Positions 34,254 through 36,971 of a DNA stretch of 36,971 nucleotides are shown here, piece after piece (positions within the stretch are counted from its first letter, which is position 1; the number at the start of each line of letters is the position of its first letter). The notes below the pieces were generated by a model. The model had not been told where the DNA came from. It did no database searches and worked only from the letters and a program-made list of their open reading frames with translations. This DNA comes from Patescibacteria group bacterium (GTDB taxonomy: Bacteria; Patescibacteriota; Microgenomatia; UBA1400; CG1-02-47-37). The stretch spans positions 1 to 36,971 of the forward strand of contig JAYEMX010000044.1 in the NCBI GenBank assembly GCA_034718535.1. The letters run 5' to 3'. Both the position numbers and the translations under genes were made by a program.

Positions 34254-36206
34254 ATGGAAATAATGAAATATTTAAAAAAACATTTTTTGGTTTTATTGGG
34301 TTTTACATTCTTAACAGTTTCATTAATTTTAATTTTAAAAAATAGATCTTGGATTTTTCCAAAAAATATTTATAAAGAAAATTCTAACTCGTTTATAAGC
34401 AAAACAAAAGTTTCTTCTGAGAATATTGTATCTATTGAGAGCTTAGCAAAAGAAACTAATTTACAAAGAAAAATTATTAAATTAGAAGATGGGGTTAATT
34501 TTAATGATGTTAAACAAGAGATTCAAGATAACGGGGGGATAGTTTTCTCTGCTGAGAATAATATTGTTATAGCGGAATTGCCAAAAGAAAATGAGTCGAA
34601 AATCTTGGGTAAGTTAAATAAATCAGAAAAAATCGAATCTTTAGAGGTTGACTATCCTGTTTTTTTAACTTCTGAGGGTTACGATTGGGGTATTGACAGA
34701 ATACAAGCGCCAGAAACCTGGGAAATTACTCAAGCTTCTGGTATAAAAATTGGAATTATAGATACTGGAATTGACTATAATCACCCCGATTTAGATCAAA
34801 GATATGCCGGTGGCCATGATTTTGTTAATAATGATTCCGATCCATACGATGATAATGGACATGGGACTCATGTTGCTGGCATTGTTTCTGCTGAAATTGA
34901 TAATTATGGAATTATAGGTGTTGCCCCAAAAGCATTGATTTATAGTCTTAAAATTTTATCATCAGATGGAACCGGTTTTACTTCAGATATGATTAAAGCT
35001 ATTAGGTGGGCGATTGATAATAATCTTCAAGTTTTAAATTTTTCATTAGGTTCTAATAGAGATAGTAAAATTTTAAAGGAAATTCTTTTAGAGGCTGAGT
35101 CTAAAAATATATTATTAGTAGCAGCTTCAGGTAATGAATATGGCCATGATTTACTTTATCCAGCTGCTTATAATTCTGTTATTGCTGTTGGGGCAATTGA
35201 TAAAAATAATAAATTTGCAAGTTTTTCATCTACTGGGTCAGAATTAGTAGCTCCAGGCGTATCTGTTATATCTACAATTCCAAATGGAAAATATGATTCT
35301 CTTTCTGGTACCTCAATGGCCTCCCCTCATGTAACAGGGACTATAGCCTTGATGCTTTCTAATAATAAAACCGCTATTCGAGAAATACTTCATAATACGT
35401 CTATTGATTTAGGTGATAAAGGGGTTGATCAATATTATGGATATGGTTTAATTAATGCAATGTCAGCTACTTTAGGGGAAGATGTTTTGTCTCCAATTGT
35501 CTCTTTTCTAAATCCAAAGAATGAATCTACTGTAAGTAATTTTGTAGATATTGAATTTAAGGTACAAGATGAAAACCAAATTAAATCAGTAAAACTTTTG
35601 ATTGATTCAAAAATAGTAAAAGAGTGGCAAAATCCTCCATATAAATATATTTGGAACACTGAATCTTTTCCTATTAAAAAATATACTATATTAGCTGAAG
35701 CTATTGATGAAAATAATAATATTGGAAATGCACAAATTAAAGTTAATTTAAAAGCTAAGACTTTGCCAAGTCCATCTGCAAACCCTTCCCCATCGGTAAA
35801 TCCTTCTCCTTCTATATTTCCATCTCCAAATCCAAGCCCAATATTGTCTCCATCTCCAAGTCCAAACCCTTCCCCTTCGGTAAACCCTTCCCCTTCTATG
35901 TCTCCATCTCCAAGTCCAAACCCTTCCCCTTCGGTAAACCCTTCCCCTTCTATGTCTCCATCTCCAAGTCCAAATGATGTTTTTGGTCTAAGACAAAATC
36001 CAATATTAAATTCAAAAGAAAATATTCCAACTACAAGTAATTTTAATCAAAGAAATCCAAGGTTTTCTAATAAAGTTTTACAAAATCCATCAATTAATAA
36101 AGTATCATCTTTAAATATAAGCCAGTTGTTCTTTAAAATTAAAAATTCTACATTATTTCTAACAAAAAATTTAAAAATATATTTACTCAATTTAAGGCTT
36201 GAGTAA
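34254..36206 (+). CDS. secreted subtilisin-like (S8) serine protease with Ig-like domain and Pro/Ser-rich repeat tail
   Basis: Catalytic triad motifs GIIDTGID (Asp), HGTHVAG (His) and SGTSMASPHVTG (Ser). An N-terminal TM/signal segment is present. The start is set at MEIMKYLKK to avoid overlapping the preceding gene. Confidence 0.85.
   Translation: MEIMKYLKKHFLVLLGFTFLTVSLILILKNRSWIFPKNIYKENSNSFISKTKVSSENIVSIESLAKETNLQRKIIKLEDGVNFNDVKQEIQDNGGIVFSAENNIVIAELPKENESKILGKLNKSEKIESLEVDYPVFLTSEGYDWGIDRIQAPETWEITQASGIKIGIIDTGIDYNHPDLDQRYAGGHDFVNNDSDPYDDNGHGTHVAGIVSAEIDNYGIIGVAPKALIYSLKILSSDGTGFTSDMIKAIRWAIDNNLQVLNFSLGSNRDSKILKEILLEAESKNILLVAASGNEYGHDLLYPAAYNSVIAVGAIDKNNKFASFSSTGSELVAPGVSVISTIPNGKYDSLSGTSMASPHVTGTIALMLSNNKTAIREILHNTSIDLGDKGVDQYYGYGLINAMSATLGEDVLSPIVSFLNPKNESTVSNFVDIEFKVQDENQIKSVKLLIDSKIVKEWQNPPYKYIWNTESFPIKKYTILAEAIDENNNIGNAQIKVNLKAKTLPSPSANPSPSVNPSPSIFPSPNPSPILSPSPSPNPSPSVNPSPSMSPSPSPNPSPSVNPSPSMSPSPSPNDVFGLRQNPILNSKENIPTTSNFNQRNPRFSNKVLQNPSINKVSSLNISQLFFKIKNSTLFLTKNLKIYLLNLRLE
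35768..35975 (+). repeat. coding tandem repeat (PSPSPNPSPSVNPSPSMS units)
   Basis: The 54-nt unit at 35847-35900 is repeated exactly at 35901-35954 and partially at 35955-35974. Degenerate copies lie upstream. Confidence 0.9.
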
Positions 36207-36216
36207 ATATCATAAC

Positions 36217-36645
36217 TTAAGGGTTAATTTGGTAGCGACGAATGAGAGTTTTGCCTGATTTTAACTGGGTAATGATTTCAAAAATCATGTCTTTTATATC
36301 CTGGTGGTAAGTGCAGTTGGTGCCGGAGCAAGTGCCAAAGAGAAGTTCTTTTTGTTGAGATGTTTTTTCTAAATTCAAGGAGCCGGAAATTCCCTGTTTA
36401 ATATCTTGCGAAGAATAAGTTAAGGTATAATCAATTTGGTCGGCAAATTTTAGATTACCCATAGCTAAGATTAAGGAGTTTTTATCAGTTCTAAGTTTTA
36501 GTTTAGTCCAAGGAGTGTTGGGATATTTAGTTTGAGTGGCAATTTTTGATTTATGAGTTCTGGTGATTTTTTTCTTAGCGTAAATAAAGGGGGGTAAAAC
36601 TAATAAGCCAATTAAGAGAAAAATGGAAATTCCGACTTTTTTCAT
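36217..36645 (-). CDS. secreted hypothetical protein carrying a two-Cys domain also found at the C-terminus of the 907-aa SipW-fusion protein
   Basis: Signal peptide MKKVGISIFLLIGLLVLPPFIYA, then DYTLTYSSQDIKQGISGS...FGTCSGTNCTYHQDI, which aligns with NYEITYDSDQGPQGIIGK...ICSSLGKVCVYHQSI. Confidence 0.5.
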   Translation of the reverse strand: MKKVGISIFLLIGLLVLPPFIYAKKKITRTHKSKIATQTKYPNTPWTKLKLRTDKNSLILAMGNLKFADQIDYTLTYSSQDIKQGISGSLNLEKTSQQKELLFGTCSGTNCTYHQDIKDMIFEIITQLKSGKTLIRRYQINP

Positions 36646-36676
36646 GGTAATGACATGATATACTTGAGGCAGATTT

Positions 36677-36971
36677 ATGTCAAAAAAAATAAAGATTTTT
36701 ATTGTAGCGATAGTAGTTTTATTGCTTGGAGGGGGCTCTTATATTTTGCTTAGGCCAAAAAATAAAAGTGGGTTTGTAGAGAGAGAAATTAGTATTAAAC
36801 AAACTGAAGTGCCGACAATTGAAACTATGGTTTATAAAGATTCTGCAGGGTTTTCTTTTGAATACCCTAGTTTACTTAAAGTAAATGAGGTGGAAATTGA
36901 CGATGATTCAATTTTTTCTTCTTTGGAGTTGGTTGATAATAATAAGAAAAAATTAATAGTAAAAGTAGTTG
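36677..36971 (+). CDS. membrane-anchored hypothetical protein (5' part only; runs off the window)
   Basis: Own translation from the ATG at 36677 gives MSKKIKIFIVAIVVLLLGGGSYILLRPKNKSG..., open to the window end. Confidence 0.4.
   Translation, partial: MSKKIKIFIVAIVVLLLGGGSYILLRPKNKSGFVEREISIKQTEVPTIETMVYKDSAGFSFEYPSLLKVNEVEIDDDSIFSSLELVDNNKKKLIVKVV

Noticed and set aside
2776-35659. Numerous 60-140-aa ORFs in the track that lie antisense to or inside long genes. The list is 2776-2997, 4346-4534, 5572-5757, 5964-6209, 6489-6677, 6693-6914, 7424-7627, 13276-13554, 14654-14857, 14680-14898, 17709-17903, 20302-20721, 23056-23244, 24264-24452, 26510-26734, 28453-28734, 32624-32869, 32835-33074, 33128-33424, 33834-34028 and 35435-35659.
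   Set aside because: Each is fully overlapped by a longer ORF with clear family motifs. Their sequences are low-complexity and typical of shadow frames in AT-rich DNA.
1-36971. Alternative genetic code (UGA recoding, as in some CPR lineages).
   Set aside because: Long conserved genes (secA, serS, lysK, rarA, pyrB, argF) are full length under the standard code, with ordinary stops including TGA.

Overview
AT-rich, tightly packed bacterial window. The gene content and style look like a reduced-genome CPR/Patescibacteria (Microgenomates-like) organism, and long ORFs are intact under the standard code. No searches were run; all calls come from reading motifs in the supplied translations and from my own translation and reverse-complementing of intergenic DNA. 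Layout: (1) 1-7.3 kb, minus strand: envelope and glycan genes (rfbB, MFS, TPM-LemA pair, four GT2 glycosyltransferases). (2) 7.3-10.7 kb: rarA, an unassigned structured RNA candidate, an internally deleted metK behind an intact SAM-I riboswitch, and an rfbA-like gene. (3) 10.7-16.9 kb: a surface-structure operon with a CAP-domain protein, an Fn3 protein, two TasA/camelysin-like proteins, and a SipW-type signal peptidase fused in frame to a TasA-type leader plus a large LTD/Fn3 protein. I consider this the most interesting system in the window. (4) 17-19.8 kb: a truncated RAYT/IS200-like gene bracketed by identical palindromes, a Pro/Thr-repeat protein, a small wHTH protein, an ATP-cone/PD-(D/E)xK nuclease fusion, and nadE. 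(5) 19.8-22.3 kb: a pyrC remnant, pyrB and argF, flanked by direct copies of the nadE 5' end. (6) 22.3-24.9 kb: an accessory patch with a short 23S-rRNA-like relic, two ORFs joined by an in-frame A_AAA_AAG slippery site, a decayed AbrB-like gene, HTH-Fic and tRNA-Glu(CUC). (7) 24.9-37 kb: mostly plus-strand housekeeping (RRM protein, greA, class I lysRS, Nif3, serS, methyltransferase, secA, NUDIX, AlkD-like) followed by an S8 protease with Pro/Ser repeats. No CRISPR array and no intact transposase or integrase were seen.
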